From the NCBI GenBank assembly GCA_028534125.1, contig CM052818.1, positions 42,720,001 to 42,784,000 on the forward strand: 64,000 nucleotides of DNA. Reading direction: 5' to 3'. How positions within the stretch are numbered: position 1 is the stretch's first letter; each line of letters starts with the position of its first letter. Origin of the DNA: Lama glama. Taxonomy: Eukaryota. Positions 1 through 11,969 of this stretch are shown piece by piece. The position numbers and the translations under genes were made by a program. A model generated the notes under the pieces. The model saw nothing but the letters and a program-made list of their open reading frames with translations, was not told where the DNA came from and made no database searches.

Positions 1-1529
1 AGGGGCTTGTCGACGGTGGGAGTGTGGGTAAAGTCAGAGGTTTCCTAGTGGTGGGGCTGCCCAAGGACTCGAAGGAGTTCCCCAGCAGAGAGCAGAACAT
101 GGGAAAAGGCAAGAAGGGGTAACAGGAATAGTGTGCTTTGGGGAGTTGGTGGTGGTTCCGTATGTCTGGGGAGCTCCAGTCCTTCCAGGAGGGACAGTAG
201 CCTGGCCATTGAGCTCCTTGGGGATTCTGCGTCGTCCGCAGCAATGAGTCCCTGGTGGCCAGCAGAGTGCCTGGAACATACATTGTGAATAAATAAATCA
301 GTGAATGAATGGATCTCTTGTTGCTCCCGGCCATGCAGATGTGTAGGTACAGGAAGGGTTAGAAAAGTCAGCAGTGAGAGGCATTGGAGCAATCAGTTCC
401 CAAGTGCAAGATGGAAGCGGCCAGAGTGACATGATTCAGGTCCTCTCTGGGGACAGAGTGAGCTGGAGAGACCCTGAAGACATTGGGACACCATGGGACC
501 TGCCCTCAGCAGCGCAGCCTTGGAATTATCATTTGGAGAGGGAGTGCCTGTTGATCGAATCCCGTTTAGAAGTACTCCATTAAGAGACTTGCAGGCTTGA
601 TGGGATTACAGGTCTGCCTGGCGAGTGTGTTTTTCCGGAGCTGGTGGGATGACTCAAGCCCTGTGGAGACAGACAGTCCCGTAAGATTACTCAGAAGTCG
701 GTTCCAGGGGCTCTGGCCCGGAGACTCTCAGAGTAATTACAGTATCAACCGCGTTATCAGGGCCAGCCAGGCCTCCCGAGAAGCCTGGAATCAATCGCTA
801 TCATTTTGCTTTTATTTCTTCAGTAACTGCAAGACAGAAATCAACGGGGGACAGCCTAGAATTTAACATGTGCTTATCGCTTTTGTGGGCATCACTGAAA
901 TCAGAGAGCTCAATTAAGTCATCCAGTGGCCAATATAGAATTCCCCAGTTCCTGGAGAGAAGGTTTGAGATCCTCCACTTCCCTTCCACAACCTCTGGCG
1001 ACTCCCTCTGTTAAGCATCCATTTTCTCTCCTGTTTCTGAGCCTCATGCTCTGCCCTGGTGCTTTGCTTACAGCGTGGAAACACACTCACGTCTCTGTCT
1101 CAGCAAACGCGCAAACCCCACTTCTCCTTCCACCACATTTCTCTCTCCAGTTTGTGCCTCAAGTTCCTCATTTACGTCTCTCCCCACGTCCACGGAGATC
1201 ACCTGGACCAAGGCTCTCGATTTGCCATCTCCAGTCCCATCGCTTCACTCTGGTGCTCTCTGCACTCGGCTTCTGTCTCCTCTACTCTCCGAAACAGCTC
1301 TCACCAGGGGCAACCATGACCTCCTGGTTGCCAGATGCAATGGGCATTAAAACACTGAAGACACTTAGATGACAATGCAATTATCATCAAACTCAGACAC
1401 TTTGCAGAACTTCTTTCAGAGCAAATGGGGATGAACATGGGGGCAACATACATAATATGACTTTCCCGGAAGAAAAGGGATGAGGGATGCTCTAACAGTG
1501 AAATAGTTTTATAGATATTTGCTCATCTG

Positions 1530-1842
1530 AGACAGTGGACATGTGGTCCGGAGAGGCAGAGCAACTTGCTCAAGGTCATACAGCCTGTTAGGACTTGAAC
1601 CCAGGCCTCTTGACTCTAAACATTCATTCAGGACTCACTGTACCTCAGGCACTGTTCTAGATATCTTGTAACTGTAATTTGTGTAACAGCTCTGTAAAGT
1701 AGATAGTATTGTCCTCACTTTACAAATAATGAAGCTGAGGTATGTGGAGTGGTAAATGACTCGCCCAAGGCCACAGAGCTAGAAATGGCAGAGGTTGGGT
1801 GGAACCCTAGAACCCAGGCTTAACCGCTGCGCATTGCCACCT
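1530..1842 (-). mobile_element. Two adjacent MIR SINE fragments
   Basis: Reverse MIR core motifs: 'aacttgctcaaggtcatacagc...ggacttgaacccagg' and 'cactttacaaataatgaagctgagg...tgactcgcccaaggccacagagctag'. Confidence 0.8.
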
Positions 1843-3170
1843 TTCCATTGTCTTGTCTTACCGTTTACGCCAGACCTTCCCAACCAGGCTGTCTGTCTGT
1901 GGTTAGGAGTGGTCCTAGACCGTCTCCTCGGCTCTAGGGACAGCTGGGTGGGCCTTGGGGCAGCCAGAGCTTCTGGACTGGTCCCCTCTTGCTGGGAGCT
2001 ACCTTCACTCCAGTGAGTCACACAAGTGCAATTTTTTCATGTTCAACACGACATGCAATAATTGAATAAGTATGGCCCACGTAATGCAATATTAAGCTAA
2101 GCATTCTGCATGTATTTGTTGATTTAGTCAAACAGTGTGTTCATATGGTGTGTATGGACCTCAAAAATCTTACAGTTGTTGCTGTAAGGTTTGCAGGTGC
2201 AGCGAGCTAAGGGAGCGGCAGGGATAAGAGGAAGGAAGGGGTTCTGTCAGAGTGCTCATTACACTGGAATTAGTGCTCATTTTTCTATATAAATACCTTC
2301 TCTTGAATTTCCCGGAAGATTAACTCTACTCTCACTTAATATTCTAAAATGTTCTCTTGAAATCAAACTCATGGTTAATTATATAGAATTCCTATATGAA
2401 ACGAGACAGACGAGACAGACTTGCTACTAGAACAGAATTACTACGGACAGAGAAAGACCATACCATGTAGTTATCATACAGCCTCTTGTTAGCTGTTTGC
2501 CCCCTAAGACAGAGACTTTAATAATTAAGGGTGTTACTAAAAGCATAAGTTGTTGCTAATTAATACATAATCTCTTTAATCCCCCCCACTCTCTGCTACT
2601 ATTATAATAAAAATACCACTTAATAGTACTTAAGCATTTAACAACGCCGACAACACGACATTTGCATGGAATCTGTAAAATATTCTCCTATCTGATGTCT
2701 GAAATGAGGGTTTGGCATTAATGAGGACTCAGATGTTCCTCGGAATCTTCAGTAAGATGAATCTCTCTATGAGCCTTTCCCCAGATACAGAGTTCAGACT
2801 CATCCCCAGGGACATTTCCACTATTCACATTCTCAGATTTTTTTTTTTTTTTTTTGCCATCTGCTGTGAGGGAATCACTCAAACCAGCTTGAGCAGCCTC
2901 CAAAGGACAGCTCCCAGGGAGTGGTCAGGGAGAAGGGGGCTCCAGAGAGTTCAGGGGCAGAGGAACAAAGTCAAGGGCTTATTCTCCTGTGTTCAAGCTT
3001 CTGTCCCCTTGAAGGGCTCACCCCATCAAGGGCTTTGCTTCTTTTAGAAGGTTTGCTGTTTCATCGTGTGAGAGGAGACTTCTCTGATGAACTATTCTTG
3101 GGTTTGCCGTGGGAGCACAGCCCTAGGGTTGGTGTTGGTTGGGCTATAGTTTGGTTTGATTATTGGTGGA

Positions 3171-3666
3171 TGTATCAGTTTTTATGGTTGAGCAAAGTAC
3201 CACAAATTTGGTGGCTTAAAGCAACACAAAATTATCATCTTATAATTCTGAAAGTCAGAAGTCCAAAATGGGTCTCATGGGGCTCAGGCCAAGGTGTCTG
3301 TAGGTCTGAGTTCCTTTATAGAGGCTGCAGGAGATAAACCATTACTTACCTTTTCTAGCTTTTAGAGGATGCCATGTGCTTTGGCTCATGTCTCCTTCCG
3401 TCTTCAAAGCCAGCAATCGATGATCAAGTCTTTTTCACATTGCATCACCCTGACATTGACTTCTCTGCCTCTCCCTCCCGTATCTAAGGACCCTTGTGGT
3501 TCCCTTTGGCCCACCTGGATAGTCTAGCATACTCTCCTTATTTTGAAATCAGATGATTATCAACCTTAATTCTATCCGCTACCTTACTTCCCCTTTGCCA
3601 TATAATACAATACAGTCACAAGTTCCTGGGATGGACATTGGGGAGGACATTATTCTGTCTACCACA
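3171..3666 (-). mobile_element. MaLR solo LTR, MLT1D-like
   Basis: TG...CA termini (tgtatcag...ctaccaca). MLT1 motifs 'gtggcttaaagcaacacaaaattatcatcttataattctg' and 'aaggacccttgtg...ggcccacctggata'. Perfect 5-bp TSD GTGGA at 3166-3170 and 3667-3671. Confidence 0.9.
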
Positions 3667-4000
3667 GTGGATGATGAGTCCAGCATCTTCAATGTGACTT
3701 TTTGCTTTTTGACTACCTGGCCCTGATACCAATACCATTCTTTCACTTGGGACAACTGGCATAATTGGAAAAGCAGTCGGCTGGCTTGTCAGTCAGTTGA
3801 CTGACGTTCTTAATACGTCCAGAGAATTCTAGAGAAAACGCGAACGCTCAGTCCAATTTGTTACCTCCACTGCATTTTTTTCTACCAGCCATAGCTCACT
3901 GGTGTCTTAGGGTAACTTAGAGACTAGAACTATTACAGTCATCACTAATATTAATAATACTTTTTTCTTCTTTTTCTCCCTCTTTCCCTCCTTTTTCTTC

Positions 4001-4145
4001 TAATACCTAACTTTCATCGAACATATACTATGTACTGGGAACCAGCGTACCTTCTTTAACAGAATTAGCTCATTGAATTCACATAGCAATCCCGTGAGCT
4101 AGGTATTATCTCCTCATTTTACTTACGAGGAAACTGAGGCAACAG
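4001..4145 (-). mobile_element. MIR fragment
   Basis: 'ctcattgaattcacatagcaatcccgtgagctaggtattatctcctcattttacttacgaggaaactgaggc'. Confidence 0.8.
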
Positions 4146-5530
4146 TGCACGTGCCAAGCACAGGATTGGTGTTATCATCTAGGTCCACATCTCCATCCAA
4201 AGAGACTAGGAATTAGGGAGAACTAACACGTGAGCTTGAAAGGAAGGAACACAACCTGACTAACATGATTCCACTCACCCCTCCCAATGTGCTGCTAAAA
4301 AGGAACGTGCAGTATCCATGGGGCTTTTCAACTCTGTTGCATGTGTTTCGTGTACATTTTCAGCCCATCAAGAAGGTCTGATCTGGGGTGAATATGTCTC
4401 CCCTAAAAGGTGCATTAAAAAAAAAGAATCCCAAATATTCAATTGGATGGTAATGTAATTCTGTTAATAAGTCTCTAAGATCTACCTGGCATAAACTGTT
4501 GTAGGTGATGTAGGCAAATGTAGGCAAACCATCCTACGGAATCATTTGAAGGAGGCCTCTCCAAATAGAGCTGCTTCAGAGTTTAGACTGAGTAGTCACG
4601 CGAGGCCGCCTGCCAAAATTTATTTTCTGTAATAGCGATATTCCAGGTGCCCTGGGCTCCTGACTCTAATGCATTTGGCTGTGGGTTATATACATTTTGG
4701 TTTCTAAATTTATATCAAACAGACAGTTCAGGTGGTAATGAAATGCTTTGGGTAAGTATAATTTTCTTTTCAAAAGGAAAGTGGCAAAGAACTGCCAAGG
4801 TTTGGGGGAAGATAATAACCTCCTTTATATTTAGCTGGTGACAGTCCTCCGGGAAGCGCCAACTCCTCAGACAAACATTACAGGGACACAGGTCTTCCTG
4901 ATGCCCTTGAAAGGTGAGTGGTAGGTAAAGCTGTTTTGGGTCCTGCTTGGCGAAGTGAAGCGTGGGAATGTCTTGTGTCCAGAGCCAGCCTGAGCAGGGG
5001 GAGAACTCAGACCAGTGTAGGTCTGCCGACCTCAGGGCACCAGCACCTCACGCATTTGGTGAGGTTAGACCGTTGCTACTAATCCCAGTCATCATATTTA
5101 CCAGACCATGCAGATCTCCAGTCATGGGCTTGGGAAAAATAAGTCCTGTGGAGTCTCAGTCCTTCTAGTTTTCCATTTATGCGTCTCTCTGGATATGCTT
5201 AGGGGACGTCTAGGGGCTGCTGTAACAAAGTAACTCAAACTTGACGGCTTAACAACTGAAATTTATTCTCTCCCCGTTCGGGAGTCAGGAACCTGAAACG
5301 AAAGTGTCGGCACAGCCATTCCCACTCCAGAGGCTCTGGGGGAGGATCCTTCCCTGTCTCTTTCTAATTTCTGGAGGTTGTGAGCGACTCTTGGCATCCT
5401 GTGACTTGTGCATACATTTCTCCAGCCTCTGTCTCCATCTCCACGTGGCATACTTGCTGCGTTTCTCTGTGTCTGCATTTCTCTCTTCTTCTAAGGACAC
5501 GATTCTCTTTGCGTTAGAATCGCTCTAATT

Positions 5531-5710
5531 GGGAGTTCGGGATTTGCACCTCTTGGGGAGCGAGGGAAATGTTAGGTATCTTGATTGTGGCGGTGGTTTC
5601 ATGGGTGTATACACCTGTCAAAATTCATCAAATTGTACATCTGAAGTATGTGTAACTTACTGTACAGAAATTGGTTTTTTTTAAAAAACAATAAGGTTTT
5701 TTTAAATAAA
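5531..5710 (+). mobile_element. L1 3'-end fragment (old L1MB/MC-like tail) with a short younger-L1-like 5' cap
   Basis: 'ggaaatgttaggtatcttgattgtggcggtggtttcatgggtgtatacacctgtcaaaattcatcaaattgtacat' is a typical L1M 3' terminus with an A-rich end. It is flanked by agaatcgctct (5516) and agaatcaccct (5711). Confidence 0.75.
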
Positions 5711-5721
5711 AGAATCACCCT

Positions 5722-5884
5722 GGTGGGGAGGGTATAGCTCAAGTGGTAGAGTGCATGCTTAGCATGCATGAGGTCCTGGGTTCAATCCCCAGTACCTCCT
5801 CTAAAAATAAACAAACCTAATTACCTCCCCCACCCACAAAAATAAAATAAGCAATACAATAATAAATAAATAAAATACATAAGA
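5722..5884 (+). mobile_element. tRNA-Ala(AGC)-derived camelid SINE (vic-1-like), long-tail form
   Basis: tRNA head with A box 'tagctcaagtgg' and B box 'ggttcaatccc', then a non-tRNA tail 'aaacctaattacctccccc' and an A-rich end. 14-bp TSD aaaagaatcaccct (5708-5721) / aaaagaatcaacct (5885-5898). Confidence 0.9.
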
Positions 5885-7557
5885 AAAAGAATCAACCTAA
5901 TTCCAGTATAACCTCATTTGGACTCGATTACATCTGCAGAGGCCACGTTTCTAAACAAGGCCACTTTCACAGCTACTGGAGGTTGGAACTTTGGCGTATC
6001 TTTTTAGGGAATACAGTTCCTCAGTTCAGTGAGTAACTGATCTACCGAGACTCAATCATTGCCAACTTCTCTATGTGACAGTTTTAGAGAGACAGCGATC
6101 ATAGTAAATGTGATCAACTTACTTTCTTTTGCTCAGTAACCCAAGTTAACACGCAGAGCCAGGTCAGGCCCTGGAGGATACCAGCTTTGGAGCAAGATTC
6201 CAACCCCCATGGCGACAACTTCCTTCCCCTGGTGATGCATTTCAGGGCAATGTTGTGCCTACACAAAGGAAAAGGTTAAAAAAAAAAGTGATGCTGGAAG
6301 AGTTCCAAGACTAAAGAAGGGAAAGAGAAGGAAGTCACTGCCCAAGAGACGGTCCAGTTCTTACAGTGCAGATCCCTGCTCAGGCTCTCCGTCCTGAATT
6401 GCTGTGAACCGACTCCGGCCGCCAGCCCTGCTGAGGGAGCCGGCAGTATCGGACATGGACAGTGTGGCCTCGTCCCTTCTACTGTGGTATCAGCCGACCA
6501 ATCCTCTACCAAGTCCAATCACCGAAAGCTCTAGCCTCACAACCACTACCCTCACACCTGTAAACCTGTCTCCGGAGGATGGCTAATATTTAAGAGGGTG
6601 TCCTTTTCCTTTATCGAGGGGTCATATAAGAAATGGCTGAATAAAGCATGTTTCTCTACCTTCTATAAAAATTCTGCTGAAGAGAGCACCCCTTCCGTGG
6701 TTCCGTGCCCCTTTGCAAGGCTCTCTGTAATGACTGCCCCTTAAAAGTTGCTGCTAGAACAAGGTTTGTCTTTCCTGTCACCCTGTTTCCCTTGTTAGCA
6801 GGGAATGATAGCAGGAACAGCTGGGGGGAGGTTTATTGTGGTTTGATTTTCGCTTTTGTTGTCAGAAAACCACCAGGGTCTGAGTCCTTACTTTCCACCA
6901 GATGTTACGCTAGTTGCTTTTGTATTTAGGCTTGCCTGTCGGAACAAAAGCACCATCTGATAGGCGGGCTGCGGGGGAGGCAGACCTATGTATTGTCCCT
7001 TCCCTGCCCAGGGAACCAGAACTTGGCTCTAACAGCCACGTAGGGACTGCCAGGTCCAGACACCTCAGTATCATGGAGCCCCGGGTGGCTCTTCAGTATT
7101 CTGAATACAGTGGCAGAGTTGCTTGAAAGTGGCCAAACCCACATTGTAGAATGAGAAGTACATGCTGTTTTGGCACATATAGAATTACAGGAATTATAAG
7201 GGATTTTTAAAAAGATGTATGAATAATAAATCCATGAGTAGGCTGGAAGGATTCTGGCTAGACGCCCTTATGGCATCAGTTGCCAAGTGACCAGTCCTCT
7301 GCTGTTTCTCCTCATCTGTAGGGACTCCATGTGGTCCAGCCATCCCCTGCCATTTATGCTTCCGATTGTTCTTGAAGGCAATGCCGTCTCCACAAACACT
7401 GGGGTGTCTCCATTTCAGGATAACCTTTAGGGTTAACCGTAGGGTTATACACCGTGTGTAGAGGTGCCCAGGGGCCACTGAAAGACAGCTCAGTGCCTGA
7501 GGCAGGACAGAAATCTGGCATCCACACCCACCCTCCCCTTTGTAAATCATAGAGGAA

Positions 7558-7584
7558 GTGTGTGTGTGTGTGTGTGTGTGTGTG
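7558..7584. repeat. (GT)n microsatellite
   Basis: About 13 uninterrupted GT units. Confidence 0.95.
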
Positions 7585-7874
7585 AGTGCACACTCAGGCA
7601 CGATTCTGTTCCCTGTGAGGAAGCAGCTTCAGAATTTACTGTATACACATCCATTTCCTCCACCTCAGACCTCACAGCCCGTGGTGTGTAAACTGGATTC
7701 TACTCTGTCTAGAAAAATGAATGAATGTGCACCCAAAGCCCTCTGGGTTGGAAAGCAAGCATGATGGAAAGAGGGCTTTGGGAAGTATCAGTGAAAAAAA
7801 CTTAAAGAAGGAATCAGGGAGGAAAGAAAAAGGTCTGAAGAATTGAATCGGTGAAGGTGAGATAGAGCATCTTT

Positions 7875-8180
7875 GTTCATTCATTCATTCATTCACTCAA
7901 CCATAATTCCGTGGAGCATGGAGTAGGCACCATGCTCTCTGTGTTAACCATTGGAGCAAAATATGGAACATAAATGACATTCAGCAGGGGCAACAGAACT
8001 TAATTTTTAAAATCTGATTAACTAATCACAAAAATGTAAAACAGCAGCTCTGACACTAGTGTCATAAAAAAGAAAACGATGCTAACAGGAGCCACTAAGG
8101 GGAGACGTGACTGACGGAGTGAGTGAAAGGCGAGAGGGAGAGCGGTTCACTCCACGAGAGCATCTGCTGGAAGCATCTAA
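7875..8180 (-). mobile_element. L2 3'-end fragment
   Basis: Starts with (ttca)n, the reverse of the L2 3' tail, followed by degenerate L2 3' sequence. Confidence 0.6.
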
Positions 8181-8449
8181 GAGTGAGTCAGTCCGTAGGC
8201 AGATGGAGCACGTTACAGTCTCAGAGAACGCCAGGGACGGAAGGGACCTGGGGCCTGCCCTTTGCTTTACAGATGGGGAGACTGAGGCCCAAGAGGCCAC
8301 AACATAGGAAGTGTCACCCAACCCTGCTCGTCTCCCTTCCTGCTGGATTTTTCCTCCACGGGGTTACAATTCCCTTAACTCTCTAATATGTATGGATGTG
8401 TGTGCATGTATATACGTGTATGTACGTGTCTGTGTATATGAATATACAA

Positions 8450-8590
8450 CTTATTTGGTTATTATTCACCTTTGTTTACCTGCCCTGACTAGAATGTGAC
8501 CTCTACGAGGACAAAAATTTCTGTCTGTGTCATGTGTTGCCTGTAATCCCCTTGGCTGTAGGACTGTGTGGCTCCTGCTTGGCACGGTGT
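8450..8590 (+). mobile_element. L2 3'-end fragment
   Basis: 'ctgactagaatgtgacctctacgaggacaaaaatttctgtctgt' matches the L2 3' core. Confidence 0.6.
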
Positions 8591-9009
8591 GAAAATACTG
8601 AACCCAGCTTGAAGTAGGTGTTTGATCCCCGCCCCTTGTCACACCTCTGTGAGATGGGAAGGGAACGCCTGTGTTCTCTCCTTGTTTGTCTGGTTAACCC
8701 AGTCCAGGGAGGGTTGAGACTTACTACGATGCATCACCTGGGCGAAGCTGCTCCCACCCCCAGGTTAACCGGTCGTGTTGTGTTTTGAGGCCAGGAAGGA
8801 GGAGTCTCACCATTGTTGAGTCTGTAAATATGAAACAGGGCCTCTGAGTGAAGAGTGTTCTTACACAAACAAGGAAACTTCAAGGAAACAAAGAGGTCGA
8901 AACCCAGAGCCAGCTCTCCCAGTCCAGCCTGATTCTGGAAATGGAGATGCAGGCTGGCCGTGGCTGGTCTTGCAGGATAATTGGTCAGTGTGTGGGCTTC
9001 CATTTTGCA

Positions 9010-9470
9010 GTGCGTTTGGCTGCAAGGTCCAAAAACATGACACGGCAGTGGGATGAAAAGTCTTCACAAAGTATGAAGTCTAGACCCAGTGAAGTCTTCA
9101 AAGATGCAGGCTTCTTCTGTCTTTTTTCTCTGCCATCGCAAGAATGCTGGCTTTCCTCGCCCTCTTGTGTTGTCTCCTGGTGATGAGGTGGCCATGGCAC
9201 CCCGAGGCTCGGGTCTGCACTCCCAGCAGGACAAAGAGGGAAGGGCAAATGACAGAAAGGGCCAAATCCGACAAATCTCTCCTCCTTTGGAAGGAAAGCA
9301 AAGCCCTTCCAGAAGGTCTGCCCAGGAAACTTCTAGGTACAGCTTACTGACCAGAATTTGTCACATAGCCACCTCCAAACCAATCAGGGATGAAGGGCGA
9401 TGAGAAACCCACCTCTGGTGTAACAAATTATGATTCATGATTCGTGATGGAGTAGGTCCACCCCCAAAAA
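9010..9470 (-). mobile_element. Old MaLR LTR (MLT1J/K/L-like)
   Basis: 'caggcttcttctgtcttttttctctgccatc', 'ttactgaccagaatttgtcacatagccacctccaaaccaatca'. Confidence 0.65.
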
Positions 9471-9811
9471 TCCGTCAGTCTCCCCAGTTATCCAAACAAA
9501 TCATGGCTCCATTAGGAGAGAAGAAGGGGGCAGGGAGTGGACTTTGTGAACACGCTGAGAGGGCCTGCCACAGAGCTCCAGGGTCAGCCACCCCGAGCCC
9601 TGTGTGTTCCGGGCTCTGCCCCTCAACCGGGTCCTTGCCAAACTCCTCAGAGCCTTTGGACACACTTTTATTGCTTGTTGTGTAGAGAACACCCAACTGG
9701 GATCCCAGTTTGGGTTTTCTCATCTTCCCCCAGAACCGCTCCCGATATTGGCTCAGGCATCTGTTGGAGGGTTTCATTCTGAATGTCTGCACTGGGCACG
9801 ACACCATCTAT

Positions 9812-10192
9812 TGTCATAGTCAAGTTCCAAATTAGAGAAATAATTCCACAGGCTGAGCAAGGAGAAGAGGGGTCATGCCCCCCTAATTCCGAACTCCCTG
9901 GAGAGTTTCAGCTGAGCCTTTGAGGGGAGTCCCAGGGTCTGTGGTCAGCAGTGCACAGTTCTCTGATTAGCTGACGATGGCCAGTCCTTAGGCATCAGAA
10001 GGTCTGGGGGCTATGTGTTCATGATCATCAAGTAGTTAATTTCTTTCATTTAGTGGTGGTTTTTAGCATCTGAAAAACTCAGGAAATATGCATGAGATAA
10101 TAATATCTGGGTACCTCAAAGAGGAGCTATAGCAGAGGATATGGGGGAGGGTTCTGTCTAGGGGAGGCCCCTTAGGGTCCTGCTCGGTTCCA
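9812..10192 (-). mobile_element. ERV1-like solo LTR, same family as 13131-13602, with internal deletions
   Basis: Its reverse complement (tggaaccgagcaggaccctaagggg...catatttcctgagtttttcagatgctaaaaaccaccac...aagaaattaactacttgatgatc) aligns closely with 13131-13300. TG...CA ends. Confidence 0.85.
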
Positions 10193-10218
10193 CCTGGGCA
10201 GGTGAGGCCAACGACTTA

Positions 10219-10246
10219 GGGGTGGAGGGGTGGGGGATGGGCAGGG
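10219..10246 (+). other. Canonical G-quadruplex-forming motif
   Basis: gggg-tgga-gggg-t-ggggg-at-ggg-ca-ggg: five G-tracts with short loops. Confidence 0.6.
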
Positions 10247-11969
10247 ATCTAGCAAAAGCTACATGTGACCAAGATCAAAACTATGTTCTCCAAACCAGAG
10301 TCTCTAGCAATAACATTATTATTATTATTTTTTGTCCTGAACTGGTACATGCTTTAGTTTCCAAATTGGGTTTGAACTCAGACGAGAAGAGAGGTGCGAT
10401 TTATTCAGCCCTTCAGCTCCAAGCAGCCTTTGCTCTGCTGGGTCTCTCTGGATCTGGGTCTCCCATTCTGATGGAGTGATGGTTGAAAGGCCGCCTTTCC
10501 TATCTTAAAAGGAGTGCTGTCCAGACGCGTCTCTTGTCCCTTTTCATGTCTGTTCATCAGGGCCTCGAAGCTCACAACCATTCTCCTAAGGAAACTCCTC
10601 TCTTCCTCCAGCTCAATCAAGATGCCATTCTTCATTTTGCCTTCACCCTCCCACAGCAATCCTTCTGAAGGAAAGGGCCACCCCCCTCCTCCTTTATGAG
10701 CCAATACCATTCTTCCTCGAGTCCTTGATTAAATCTGAGTTCTAGAGGCTGAAAGTTCCAAAGATTCATTTCCATAGAGATTTTCTATATCGTAGCCCAA
10801 TGAGGGGTTTTATTCCCTTAAGTGATAAAGTTCCCTGTAATATTTAGAGTGCTCTTGGATGAAAGCAATGCAAAGTCCAACTTAATGTGAATTAAATAAA
10901 TGTACTGCTTCACATGTCTGGAAGTCCAGAGGAAAGCCCCGCTTCAGAATGGCTATACCCAGGGATTCCGGCTCTGTCCTGCCTGTCCTGGGCCTGCCCT
11001 TCGCCGTGGGCTGGTTTCCTTCTCAGCCTGCTTTCAGCAGTTTGGCCCTCATGTCAACATTGTCTAGAAAAGGAATAGATGGTCACTTCTGGATATTTTC
11101 CAGAACAAGGAAGACCTTTTCTAGAAATTCCACTGGAAACTTTTCCTGAAATAAAATTGCCCTGTATTGAGTCTACTCCTAAAGCAGTCGTGGCACGGGC
11201 CACTCCTGGGGCTGGGGGGGTGCGGGGGCTTTCCTTCTGCTGATGGGGAGTGGGGAGGGGTGGATTACTGAGCTAAAGGGAGATTCTGCTTGGAAGGCAG
11301 GAGGGCGGGACTGGATAAGGGCAGACAAGCAAAAATTCCCACCTCAGTCCCATTCCTCTAAAACAGTTCACTGATGAAAGTCTACACCTCTGTGGCTGAA
11401 CCCACCGTCTGGATCTCTGAAACTCATGCCCGTGGCCAGGGGTCATGTCCAGGGTCACTTGACACCAAGTAGGTCCAGCTGCTTCTGAGAGGCGATGTAC
11501 AAATTCTCTGCATGCAGGAGATCCCAAAAGACCCTCCTTAGCTTTGGGAGCCGTTCAACATAAGATAAAGAAGAATCTGTTAGAAGCTGCTGATCTGGAG
11601 CCACGCACTTCCTCGGAGTGTAGTGTTTTAAAGGTAAACTCTTCATGTTAATGATCAGCTTGTCATTAATCTGGATATTCATGGTTAACAGTCTTGGCTG
11701 AGAAATGCAATCCATTCTCCAGCGAATGAAACACAGAAGCTCTGCTTGAAAAAAGGTTTACTTATCCAAGAAGGTATAACTACTTAATACTTGCATGTTA
11801 CATATATGATAAAGGTCTATTATATGTTAAATAGATATGTATTATATACACACGCACTCTCCCCTCATGACTTGGGCCAAGACACAGTATGCCTACTTCT
11901 ATATGGAGAAGTAAGGCGAGAGAACATTGACTCCTTGGAGGAGGCAGGCAGAAAAAAATCCTTCTCTTT

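Larger units (their letters stand above)
5195..6020 (-). mobile_element. MaLR solo LTR, MLT1C-like, interrupted by an L1 fragment and a SINE
   Basis: 5195-5530 has 'ggggctgctgtaacaaagtaactcaaacttgacggcttaacaactgaaatttattctc...taaggacac'. The LTR resumes near 5900 with 'ccagtataacctcatttg...gattacatctgcagaggccacgtttctaaacaagg'. Confidence 0.85.

Noticed and set aside
926..1372. 148-aa ORF and overlapping ORFs
   Set aside because: Pyrimidine-rich sequence that lacks stops by composition. No homology recognised.
2044..2661. 11-bp direct repeat caacacgacat as the TSD of a retrocopy
   Set aside because: No polyA tail or ORF between the copies. An 11-mer match at this spacing is expected occasionally by chance in 64 kb.
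5728..5800. tRNA-Ala(AGC) gene
   Set aside because: It is flanked by a 14-bp TSD, followed by a SINE tail shared with the copy at 63555, and has no oligo-T terminator. It is a SINE head.
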